Shown here piece after piece: positions 53,340-64,000 of a stretch of DNA of 64,000 bases. Below the pieces are notes generated by a model. The model ran no database searches, was not told the DNA's origin, and was given only the letters and a program-made list of their open reading frames with translations. The position numbers and the translations under genes were made by a program. Position 1 is the stretch's first letter. The number at the start of each line of letters is the position of its first letter. The stretch comes from Callorhinchus milii. Taxonomy: Eukaryota. The stretch lies in assembly GCF_018977255.1 (NCBI RefSeq), contig NW_024704742.1:18912001-18976000 (forward strand), in the 5' to 3' direction.

Positions 53340-53895
53340 GAGTCTCATTGGAGCTGAACTGGCTTCAAGTTGACAGGCTTGGCAACAGAATGTTGAAATT
53401 GAGCTAGCGCTATGGTGATCTCAGTAGTCTGGTTCCTGAGCCAGGCGGGTCCGAAATATTACAGGGTACAGCTGATGGTAGCACCTGGAAGGGCAGACCA
53501 GTCACTGGGGGCAGGGAATCATCACACTCAGCTCCTGTTAACCGTATGAGCCAAAGACATAATTGGTAGTGGGTCCTAGCTGGACAAGCAGTGGGAAAGC
53601 TTGCTAGACAGTGATATCAATGTAAGATGTGCATTTTTAGCTGGTCAGACTCCAGGAGTATCCCAATACATACTTTGGAGTTCCCAATACTTGGCTCTTG
53701 CCAACCTGCAACTAATATTCTCCAGAATCAGGTAAGCAGGATGCATCACTCCAGGGAGGGAGTGGGCATTCATTCCAACAATCTATCTCTGGGATTTCCA
53801 TGGATAGGTGGGATGCATGGAACTCTTAGTTTGGATACCTTTAAGCATGGTGATGGGTTCCTGCACGTGTCAGACACCCGGCTGACCAAAAAAAA
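53340..53895 (+). repeat. Unclassified interspersed repeat, copy 3 (uninterrupted)
   Basis: Ends cctgcacgtgtcagacacccggctgacc plus an A run; aligns to 8370-8765 and 27690-29138. Confidence 0.78.
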
Positions 53896-55612
53896 CCCTT
53901 CACATTGATAATGCCCAAAAGCCAATCACACAACATTTCACTGCTGGTTTGCAGAATACAGTCTTAGCTCTGATTCGTTTTGTGGGGCTAAATTATCAAC
54001 TCGCATTCCAAGCATCACCCTCATGTGCTGAAAACTGGATGTGCCACAAGAACCGCATGCTAAGTGATACCTAGGACACTACTTCCTTGCTCTTTTGTGA
54101 GATGCAATTGTATTGGTTACTCAACACCTGGGGCATATGTTCTATCATTCTGACAGAAACAATATGATGACCGCTGAGCCTTTTGGAGATCGTTTGTTCA
54201 AAATTTTGGCCGTTATTGTCCAAAAAGAGTTACAAAATGTATGCTAAAATATCCGGAAACTGAGAGGATTATCACAGATTAAAGACATAACAACAGCACC
54301 GGGGGGAACATTGCTCAAGTGAACAGGGTTTCAATGCCACTTGGGCAAGGTACAAGGTAAGATCTTTCTCAGTATACAGTTCTTTCTTCTCATTCACATG
54401 TTGGTGCATTATCCAGTCTTAGTGTTTTTTTGTGTTGCAGATTACTTTGCCCACAGAATGGCAACACTTCTATTGGATAGCCGACCCACAAAATATAAGT
54501 TTCAGATCTCATGAGAGTGTTATGCTGCAGATTTTACAAGCTGTTTCATTTCCTCCCCTTTTCATTCATATAGAGGCACAAGATTGCCCACACTCTTGTG
54601 TTATTTCTATTTACCTGAAAACCATGAGAAGAAGTGGTTGATGCTTAAGGAAAAGGAATGCTGACTGGGACACATGGTCATAAAACACTACTATTATAAT
54701 AATATTGTAGCCTGGGCACAGTCAATTCACTTTACAATATATTCTGTGAAGCGCTTTGAGACATCTGAACAACATGATAAGGCGCTATGTCAAATGCAAG
54801 GATTATTATTTATTATTTAAGATCATGCAGCATGATAGGAAATGCTGGATTTCAGGCTTCAAATCGGCTAGTCCATCTGGGAGTGTTTCACTAACTGGGA
54901 TGTTTGGAAACGTGAAGAAGCACCTGCTTAAGTACCCTTACTCAAATTCACCTTGCTGTGTAGATTGTGCTCAAATGACAGTTGTATTTTTGGTTTAACA
55001 CCGATACACTTTGCTAAAATAAACAGAAATATGACTTTCTATGGAAGCCTAATCTCCACAGATACATCCTTTCAAACCTGAGGTGCCTGGCACAACTGAG
55101 TGGGATACTGTGACTTGGTGGGTTTCAGCAGCCAAATAGTAATGTGGTTGTTACCTTACTTCATCTTCTCCCAATAGGTGATTTATCAATCCTCCTGAAT
55201 CTGATACCAGCTTCTATGGTGATGTCTCAACTTGTTTTTTTTCTCTCAAGTAATCCCCCATAACCGCAATTCTCTAAATTCAAATCAATGCCAGACTTGT
55301 CTTAAATCGTCTAAAAGCCCTTATGGGCTAAACCACATTTAAAAATTAAAATGAATATCTGACAATGGCCAAATTGATTTTCTATTTCAATATTCTTCAA
55401 AGTTCATGTATTAGCTGCATCTCCCACACAATAGCAGAGTGGACTCCTTCTGTGCTGTAAACTCGCTAGGATTCTAAGATCTGCAGAGTGGCCAAGAGTA
55501 ATAACTCATTCATGTGCAGAGCAATTGTACAAGTACGTCTGACATTTACATGACAATTAAAATAGTCATAATCCTAACATTATTATTATTATATTATTAA
55601 TACTTACAGTTA

Positions 55613-55982
55613 GAGTTCTGTAGCTCAATGGTTAGAGCACTCGCCTCGCCCGCGAAAGACCTGGGTGGTTTGATTCCTGGCAGGCCGAAACGTTGGGCAA
55701 GTTTCCTTACTCCATAGGCCTCTGTTTACCTAGCAGTAAGTAGGAACCCAGTTGTTAGTCAATTGGCGGATTGTTTTTCCAGGCGTAATAATTCCTTTAA
55801 AAAAAAAATAATAAATCGGTCACTCAATCCATGACTGTTTGTGAGACAACTCTGTGCGCAATTGGCTGCCGCGTTTCGTCCACAAAATATACAATCACTA
55901 CACTTTACAGTATATTCTGCAAAGCACTTTGAGACATCTCAAAGGCATGATAAGGCGCTATATGCAAGGAATATTATTATTA
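55613..55982 (+). mobile_element. tRNA-derived SINE (long variant)
   Basis: tagctcaatggttagagc head, ttgggcaagtttccttactcc, an extra ctgtttacctagcagtaagtaggaaccc block and an L2-like tail. Confidence 0.9.
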
Positions 55983-56044
55983 CATTTGGTACAGAGCCTG
56001 TCATGTCAAGAGAATGTCTCAAAATGCTTCACTGGGTTGTGTGT

Positions 56045-56478
56045 GAGTCTGGCTCAGTTGCCAGCACTCTGAGTCATAAGGTTGCGAGTTCGAGCCTCAT
56101 GTTGGGATTTGGAACCCATATATTCTATGCTGACACTCGAATGCAATACTGGTGGGCTGCTGCATTGACGGAGATGTCAACCTTCAGATGAGACATTAAA
56201 CTGAGGTCCTGTCTGCCTGTCTAAGTGGAAGTTAAAGATTTGTGGGACTATTCGAAAACAGAAGGGCGTTTCTTCCAGTGCCCTGGCCCACAATCCCCTA
56301 AATAAATTTGGTCACACATTCCATTGCTGTCTGTGGGACATTGCTGTGTGCAAATTGGCTGCCATGTTTACCCACAAAATAATTTTACATCACTTTACAG
56401 TATAACCTGTGAAGTGCTCTGAGCCATCTTGATGTCACGATCAGGTGTTATATCAAATGCAAGGATTATTATTATTAG
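56045..56478 (+). mobile_element. Near full-length Deu-domain SINE
   Basis: tRNA-like head (tggctcagttg...gagttcgagcc), Deu core (agatgagacattaaactgaggtcctgtctgcc) and tail atatcaaatgcaaggattattatt. Confidence 0.88.
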
Positions 56479-56767
56479 TAGTAGTTTTTTAATGTACAAT
56501 GGAGTGACTGTGTTTTGCGGGCTAATGTGGAAGCCAGTTTTGCATGCACAATGTCTCAAAAACAGCCATGAAGTGAATAATCAATTTCAATGCAGGATTG
56601 TTGACCGGGAGACTAAGCAAAACTCTATTCTTTTTTCGAAGAGTGCTACTTGGGTCTTTTTAACAAAGTCAATTATCTGCAATGTCTGCTGCCAGGAGAA
56701 GAAAGTAGCGGGTTATTTTTCCGGAGTTCATTCTTTGGGATTCTTAACAAGCAATTCAACATAGTGC

Positions 56768-56990
56768 AAAATACAAAATACTGCAGATGCTGGAAATCTG
56801 AAACAAAAACAGAAGTCAAACCTCTGATTCCAGGAACAAACTGCAGAAATGGACCAGATTTCCTGGAGGCCATTGGTGAATGCATTCAGTCTGGTATTTT
56901 ACTCTCAGGAATAGAGACCCAAAATGTTGACTCGCTTTTCTTTCCCGTAGCTGCTGCCTTTTGAGTGTTCCCAGCAACTTCTGTTTTCAT
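56768..56990. mobile_element. Penelope-type palindrome remnant whose centre is replaced by a 90-bp sequence duplicated at 57651-57740
   Basis: The arms match 62181-62428; the central 56822-56910 matches 57651-57740. Confidence 0.65.
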
Positions 56991-58104
56991 CCAACGTAGT
57001 AACTGGCAAAACGGAAATTTAAACTGCAAGATGGGAGTTCAGCCAACATCAAGCCAAGCTCACAGTTTAGCACCATCACAAGCAAGGAATTGTTTCTTGA
57101 CCCCTCTAAGAAACAACATTTGCAGTAATCCCAATGTGCTGTTCAGATACTTGAGACTATTGTGGCTTAAAAACCAAACTAAAGGCCAATTTCAAGGACA
57201 CTAAAGTGTTCTTCAACATGTCAGCAATGCTGATCAGGCAGGTGCTGATTTTTAGCTCAGAAGCATGCCAGTACTAATCCTTTGTGGTTTGCACAAGTCA
57301 TTGGAATTAGTGACACCCTCTCAGAAATTCTCAGAACTTTTAACCCTTGTAGTGTAGTCCCTATGAGATGTCTCTATGAGGTAGGAACTTTTTCAAAGGG
57401 TACAGTAATCCTGAAGGTAGCTACATACAAAAAGCATGTTGATGAAACAGCAGTGCCTCCTATTGAGACAGGTTTTAAGGTTTGTAGAGATGTACGAATG
57501 ACTACACAAACAGACATAAGATCACTATAAAGTAAGAGAAAAAAGAACTGCTTTATGTGGTTCAGCAAATCAAAATATCAGAGATGAATGTGGTAGTCAG
57601 TGCAGTTTAAGAGTTTTTTTTCCTTCTTTGACAATTATAGTGATAGAGAGCTCTGATTCCAGGAATGAACTGCAGAAATGGACCCGATTTCCTGGAGTTC
57701 ATTGGTGAATGCATTCAGTCTGGCATTTTATCCTCAGGGTTAGAGAAACCAAAGGCTTGACATTTCTCATGGTCTTCGTCTTAAATCCTTTGTTTTAAAG
57801 ATTAAAATTGTGCAGAATTCTGGAAACGTTTTAAATTCAGTCTTAATTTGAAAGCAAGTTTTTTACAAGTGCGAAGGACCTGCTTCCAAATGATGACCGA
57901 ATTTAATAGATTTCCAATAATTCTGAAAGATCTTAAATTTTAATCCAATTTTAAAGCTTAAGATAAAGATAATGAGAAATTTCAGGTCTCAAACTTTTGC
58001 ATTATAAACTAAACAGCAGACCATAAAAACATTTGAAACCCATATTAATCATGTGAAGATCCACAGTGACTGTCTTGTTGATTACCTGAGGGCCACTATT
58101 ATAC

Positions 58105-58770
58105 AAGACCACAAGATTGGTTTAGTATGAAGGACCTTTGGCCGATCCATTCTTATTCCTCCAAAATACCCACATCTTTCACCCCACCACAACATCAAGC
58201 TGCTTTTTAAATGAGTGTCCTGGAGTCTTCTACCTTTCCTGGCAACCTGTTCCAGTCATTCATTACCTTCTGCTTAAAGAAAAACTTCCTGGTATTTGTC
58301 CTGAAATTGCCCTTTACAACTCTAATTCTATGTCGTCTTGTACCACTGTTATGAAACATCATAACGCATTGATTTGGGTTTACTTGGAGTCCTGTGGCTC
58401 AGTGGTTAGAGCACTCACTTTGCAAGTGAGAGACCTGAGTTCAATTCCAGGCAGAGGGCGAAACCTTGGGCAAGTTTCCTTACTCCACACGCCTAATAAT
58501 AATCCCTCCAAAAAAAAACAATAATAAATTGGTCATTTTCAATCCATATGACTGTTTGTGGGACATTGCTGTGCGCAATTGGCTGCTGCGTTCGCCCACA
58601 AATATACAGTCAATTCACTTTACAGTGTGTTCTGTGAAGCGCTTTGGGACGTCCTCCCGACGTGAAAAGCGCTATATCAAATGCAAGGATTATTATTATT
58701 ATTATTATTATTATTACTTGCACACCTCTGTGAGTCTCCTCTGAGTTGTCTTCTCTCAAGACATCAGCAG
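58105..58770 (-). mobile_element. CR1-type 3' fragment interrupted by a SINE
   Basis: Reverse complement of the 740-1195 family; it resumes after the SINE with ctcctctgagttgtcttctctcaag. Confidence 0.75.
58387..58714 (+). mobile_element. Full-length tRNA-derived SINE (short variant) with target-site duplication
   Basis: A-box TGGCTCAGTGG, B-box GTTCAATTCC, (TTA)n tail, flanked by TTACTTG on both sides. Confidence 0.95.
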
Positions 58771-58839
58771 AAATTCCCTTCTCCTTCTGAATAGTATCAG
58801 AGAATCATTAACATCCAACGAAACAGATCAATTGGACAT

Positions 58840-61540
58840 TAGAATCATAGAATCATAGAGCACAGAAAGAGGCCACTCGGCCCATCGTGTCTGCGCCGGC
58901 TCCGAAAAGAGCAATCCAACTCAATCCCATTGGCCCGCTTTTTCTCCATAGCCCTGCAATCTTTTCCTCCCCAAATGCCCATATACTTCTCTCTTAAAAG
59001 TTGTTATTGACTCGGCTTTCACTACCCTTTCAGGTAATGCATTCCAGATCCGAACAACTTGCTGGGTGAAATTTTTTTTCCTAACGTCCCCTTGTTTCTT
59101 TTAACAACTAACTTAAATCAGTGTCCTCGGGTTATTGACCCACATGCCAATGGTAACAGTTTTTCCCGGGTCAACCTATTAAATCATCTCATGATCTTGA
59201 AAGCCTCTATTAAATTCCCTCTTAATCTTCTCTGCTCTAGGGAGGATAATCCTAGTTTCGCTAAACTCTCCTCATAACTAAGGTCCTTTATTCCTGGTAC
59301 CATCCTGGTAAACCTCCTTCGCACCCTCTCCAATGGCCTAACATCTTTCCTAAAGTGCGGTGCCCAGAACTGAATGCGGTACTCCAACTGAGGCCTAATC
59401 AGCATTTTATAAATATTCAACATAGCCTCCTGACTTTTGAATTCTATGCCCCTATTTATAAAGCCTAGTATCCCGTATGCTTTTCAAACACCTTTATCTA
59501 CCTGTCCTGCCACCTTCAGAGATTTGCTTATGTGGATCCCCAGGTCTCTCTGTTCATTTGCCCCCTTTAAAAATTGTACCATCTATCTTATACTGCCTCT
59601 CCTCATTCTTTCTACCAAAATGCAACACTTCGCATTTCTCCACATTAAACCTCATCTGCAATGTTTCTGCCCATTTTACCAATCTGTCTAAGTCCTCTTG
59701 GAGTCTGGTGCTATCCTCCTCACCATTAACTACTTTTCCTCGCTTAGTATCGTCTGCAAATTGGAAATTGTGCTCCCTATGTCCAGGTCCAGATCCTTAA
59801 TATAGATCAGAAAGAGCAGTGGTCCCAATACCAACCCCTGAGGGATACCACTACACACCTCCCTCCAGTCAGAAAAGCAACCGTTTACTACCACTCTCTG
59901 CTTTCTGTCTCCTAGCCAGTTCTGGATCCATGTTGCCTTTAATAGCGTGGGCTTCTATTTTGTTTATAAATCTCTTATGTGGCACTTTGTCAAATGCCTT
60001 TTGAAAATCTAGATAAACTACATCAGTTGGATTACCTTCATCCACCCTCTCAGTCACTTCATCAAAAAATTCTATTAGATTTGTCAGACACAATCTGCCT
60101 TTAACAAATCCGTGTCGACTGTCCTTTATTAAACCGTATTTTTCTAAGTGAGGAATTTATATTGTCCCGGATTATAGTCTCCAGAAGTTTTCCTGCTACT
60201 GATGTTAGGCTGATTAGCCTTTAGTTCTCAGGTTTATCCTTCTGCCTCTTTTTGTACAGGGGAGTAACATTTGCAACCTTCCAGTCCTTTGGCACCACTC
60301 CAGTGTCCAAAGAGGATTGAAAGATTGTGGTCAGAGCCTTGGCTATTTCCACCCTCGCTTCCCTCAGTAACCTGTCCGGACCAGGTGACTTATCTATGTT
60401 GAGCACCGACAGCCTTTTTGGTACCTCCTCTCCGTTGATTTTTATTATATCCAATTTCTGTTCACACGTCTGCAATATTGTGGCATTGGTTGCATCGTCT
60501 TCTTTTGTGAAGACAGTTGCGAAGTGCTTATTTAGTACATCAGCCATGCCCTCTACCTCAACAAGAAGATTTCCACTTGGGTCCCTAATTGGACCCACTC
60601 TACCTTTGTCTAACCTTTTACTCTTGATATGCTTATAAAATACCTTAGGGTTTCCTTTTATGTTTCCTGCTAATCGTTTCTCGTACAATCTCTTCACCCC
60701 TCTTATTTCCCCTTTCACTTCTCCTCTGTACTTCCTATATTCTATTTGATTATCCTGTGTGTTTTGGATCTGACATTTGTCAGAAGCCTCCTTTTCCTGT
60801 TTTATTTTAATCCCAATTTCCTTAGTCATCCCTGTAGATTTGACTGTCCTACCTTTCTCTTTTGTGGGTCTGTGTTTGCTCTGTCCCCGAACTATCTCTT
60901 CCATTGTTCGTTTGCTGTTTTACCTGCCAACCTTTCTTTCCAATCTATCTTGGCCAGGTCCCTTTTTAGCTCACTGAAATTAGCCTGCTTCCAGTTGAGG
61001 GTCTTTACCTTTGATTGATTGTTGTCCTTTTCCATAACTATTCTAAACCTAGTAATATTGTGATTACTGTTAACCAGATGCTCTCCTACTGAAACCTGCT
61101 CCACTTGCCCCACTTCATTTCCCAGAACTAAATCCAGCACTGCTTCCTTCCTCATTGGGCTGGAAACATGCTGATCCAGAAAGTTCTCCTGCACACATTT
61201 CAGGAACTCCTCCCCTTCCTTGCCCTTTACACTGTTTGTTTCCCAGAATATGTTAGGATAATTGAAATCCCCCATTATCACTATATTGGTTTTGCATCTC
61301 TCTGAAATCTGCTTATAAATTTGCTCACCTATTTCCTTCCCACTATTTGGAGGTCTATGGTAAACACCTAAACACCTCTATATTTTTCCTGTGTCTCTTT
61401 CCACTTTTCGCTGGACTATTACTTGTTTCATTTCTATTTGTCTCTCCTCGTCCAATATATAACTCGTTTCCCCTCCCTGATGCTACATTCTGATCCCCAT
61501 CGCCCCTCAAAATCAGTTTAAATGCTTCCCCACAGCATTA
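58840..61540 (-). mobile_element. CR1 LINE with decayed, internally deleted ORF2 (APE endonuclease and RT) and possibly the end of ORF1
   Basis: IIMGDFNYPNIFW...AVLDLVLGNE (endonuclease), KSPGPD...KDWKVANVTPLYKK, CLTNLIEFFDEVT...VVYLDFQKAFDKVPH, LEYRIQFWAPHFRKD, and an (AGAATCAT)n tail at 58840. Confidence 0.95.
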
Positions 61541-61573
61541 AACCTTGGTTTAAAATCTTATTTGAGTCCTGTA

Positions 61574-61955
61574 GAGTCTTGTAGCTCAGTGGTTAGATCA
61601 CCTCGCAAGCGAGAGACCTGGCGTGAATTCCTGGGCAGGGCGAAACATTGGGCAAGTTTCCTTACCTCCACACGCATCTGTTTACCTAGCAGTCAGTGGG
61701 AACCCGATTGTTAGTCAATTGGCAGATCGCTTTTCTGGGAGAATAATTCCTTCAAAACATAATAATAATAATAATTTGGTCACTTAATCCACGACTATTC
61801 ATGGGACACTGTTGTGCGCAATTAGGTGCCACGTTTCGCCCATACAAAGTATACAATCAATTCACTTTACAATATATTCTGTGAAGTGCTTTTGAGACAT
61901 CTTGAATTCCAGATAAGGTGCTATATCAAATGCAAGCATTATTATATTTATTATT
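61574..61955 (+). mobile_element. tRNA-derived SINE (long variant)
   Basis: tagctcagtggttaga head, extra ctgtttacctagcagtcagtgggaaccc block and a (TTA)n tail. Confidence 0.9.
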
Positions 61956-62180
61956 AAGCGACAGACAATACAGTGCTCCCCCAATACTGTATTGGAGTGT
62001 CAGCCAAGAAATTGAGTTTAAAATCCCGATGTGGGACTTGATTCCACAACCTTCTGATGAGGAAACTCTGAACCTTGAGGTGACAACTGCTGGAAAGCAT
62101 TACTTGGTATCTGAGTTTGTGAACACTCATGCGTACATTCAGTGTATAAAATTTGGAATAGCACAGATAAGGCTGTAAAC

Positions 62181-62428
62181 AAAACACAAAATACTGCAAG
62201 ATGCTGGAAATCTGAAACTAAACGGAAGTCGCTGGGAACAATCAGCAGATCAGGCGGCATCTATGGAGAAAGGAAAGTGACTCAACGTTTCAAGTCCATA
62301 ACCCTTTGTCAGAACTCAAAGTTCCAGTTCTGATGAAGAATTGTGGACCCGAATCATTGACTCACTTTCCTTTTCCCATAAATGCCACCTGACCTGCTGC
62401 CTGTTCCAAGCGACTTCTGTTTTTGTTA
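62181..62428. mobile_element. Penelope-like element terminal inverted-repeat (palindromic) remnant with degenerate hammerhead motifs
   Basis: Inverted arms of about 95 bp centred near 62320; CTGATGA-N14-GAAT on + and CTGACAA-N14-GAAAC on -. Confidence 0.75.
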
Positions 62429-63559
62429 CAGAAAAGGTTGTGTTACTTTAAAGTAAGCCAAGGAAGTAAAATCAGAAGACACAAATATATGTCTATGAGA
62501 AGTACATTTGAAACTGATAACAAAGAAAAACATCTGTTCAAAAAGAAATAAATAGTTGAAATGGTCTACTAGTGAATGTAATAAAGGCAAAAATATTTGC
62601 GTTATTCAAAATAAAACTGGTGTTGCAATTTTCTAAGATAACCTCAAGTTTATCTTACGGTATTCTGAAAAGATAAACATGCAAAATGTTGCTTTTTTAT
62701 TTGACTAAATAAGAAGACCCATTGTCATAACATTAGGCTTGATTTTCTACTTTACTGTTTGAGTTTTAATCTTGTCACAAGTGTGTCTGATATTGAAAGG
62801 TGAAAAAGAGCTTTGTTCTGTTGTAAACAGCTGCACTGAGGAGAAAACTAAGCCCATTGTTGCTTATTCTCTCTATGGAGGTCATCACTGTCTGCACTGG
62901 ATTATGTACGATATAACCAGTCTCACTGGCGGAGGGAAGGGGAGGGGGGACACATTTCTTTGTAAGCTTTTTTCTGTCGTCAGCTAAAGTCTTCCAGTTT
63001 TCATATGTTGCTGCAGGGTGTTATTCCAAATTTAAAACAATGTTTTAAATGCTTATTCCCTCTTACATCTGATGGCGAACAATTTATCATTGGCTATGTG
63101 CATGGAAATAATATTGATTATGCAGACCTTGATATCGGTAGTCTGTCCATGACAGATCCTCTCGATTCCCTCTCCCCTCCTCCAAGCCCCCCAAGAGTCC
63201 CTCACAAATGCCCTATCATCCTTGGATCTTCTCTTCCTCTGGTCTTCCACCTTCAACAATACTGAGACAACCACCAAACTGCTAAATGATCGTCTTTCAA
63301 TTATCTTGCCCCCCTGAAATCCAGGACCATCTCCAAATCCACTTCAGCGCCCTTAAATAAGAGCCATTTCCGCTCCCTTAAATCCCAAACCCAGACCCTC
63401 CATCACAGCGCTCATCAATGTCACAAATGGCGTCCTCTCTGAATGTGACCAGAGCTCTCTCTGCCTTCTAGTTGTTTGTTGTTGTAATAATAATAAGCTT
63501 TGCATTATGAAATAGTGCCTTATCACAAAATTGAGATGTCTCAGAGTTTCATAGGATAT

Positions 63560-64000
63560 GCTGTTGAGCAGTGTGACTGTGTAAAGTGTCGTGACTATGT
63601 GTAAAGGGGTTTGATTGTGTAAAGTGGTATGACTATGCGTAAAGTGGTAGGATTGTGTATAAAGTGGTGTGACTTTGTGACTATGAGAGCCATTCCTTCT
63701 GCCTTGGAAAATATTGATTTAGAGTGCTGTGACTCTGTAGAGTGCTGTGACTGTATAAAGTGGTGAGATTGTGTATGAAGTGGTGTGATTGTGTATGCAA
63801 TGGTGTGATTATTTATAGTGATTGGTGTGATTATGTGTACAGTGGTGTGATTGTGTGTGCAGTGCTGTGATTGTGTGTACAGTGGTGTGATTGTGTGTAC
63901 AGTGGTGTGATTGTGTGTACAGTGGTGTGATTGTGTGTACAGTGGTGTGATTGTGTGTGCAGTGGTGTGATTGTGTGTACAGTGGTGTGATTGTGTGTGC
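63560..64000. repeat. 20-bp minisatellite (AGTGGTGTGATTGTGTGTAC), degenerate on the left and homogeneous on the right; runs off the window
   Basis: Direct tandem periodicity. Confidence 0.95.

Noticed and set aside
58387..58460. tRNA gene
   Set aside because: The A/B boxes belong to the SINE head and continue into SINE body and tail; the same applies to the other copies.

Overview
Eukaryotic, repeat-rich vertebrate genomic DNA. The repeat content (CR1 and L2 LINE remnants, Deu-domain SINEs, a tRNA-headed SINE with an L2-type tail, an LF-SINE-like fragment, Penelope-type palindromes) points to a cartilaginous fish, probably a chimaera; this is inferred from recalled repeat consensuses, not from a database search. 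The only well-supported gene feature is a CpG/GA-rich promoter at about 39.3-41 kb with a 57-nt first coding exon on the minus strand (39216-39272, MGRKPKSTSSSLPTARSKT, strong Kozak context, GTAAGA donor). Bases 1-39215 therefore appear to be a very long intron, with a candidate second phase-0 start exon or recursive splice site near 12.2 kb. I could not identify the gene. Nearly all long ORFs in the track are decayed LINE ORF2 pieces or simple-repeat artefacts. The most interesting observations are a triplicated AG|GT splice-site cassette just inside intron 1, the 12.2 kb site, Penelope palindromes with decayed hammerhead cores, a hairpin MITE, an unclassified repeat family, a modular SINE with two length variants, and several local duplications. 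I found no convincing evidence for a wholly new biological system. Repeat boundaries are approximate (read by eye).
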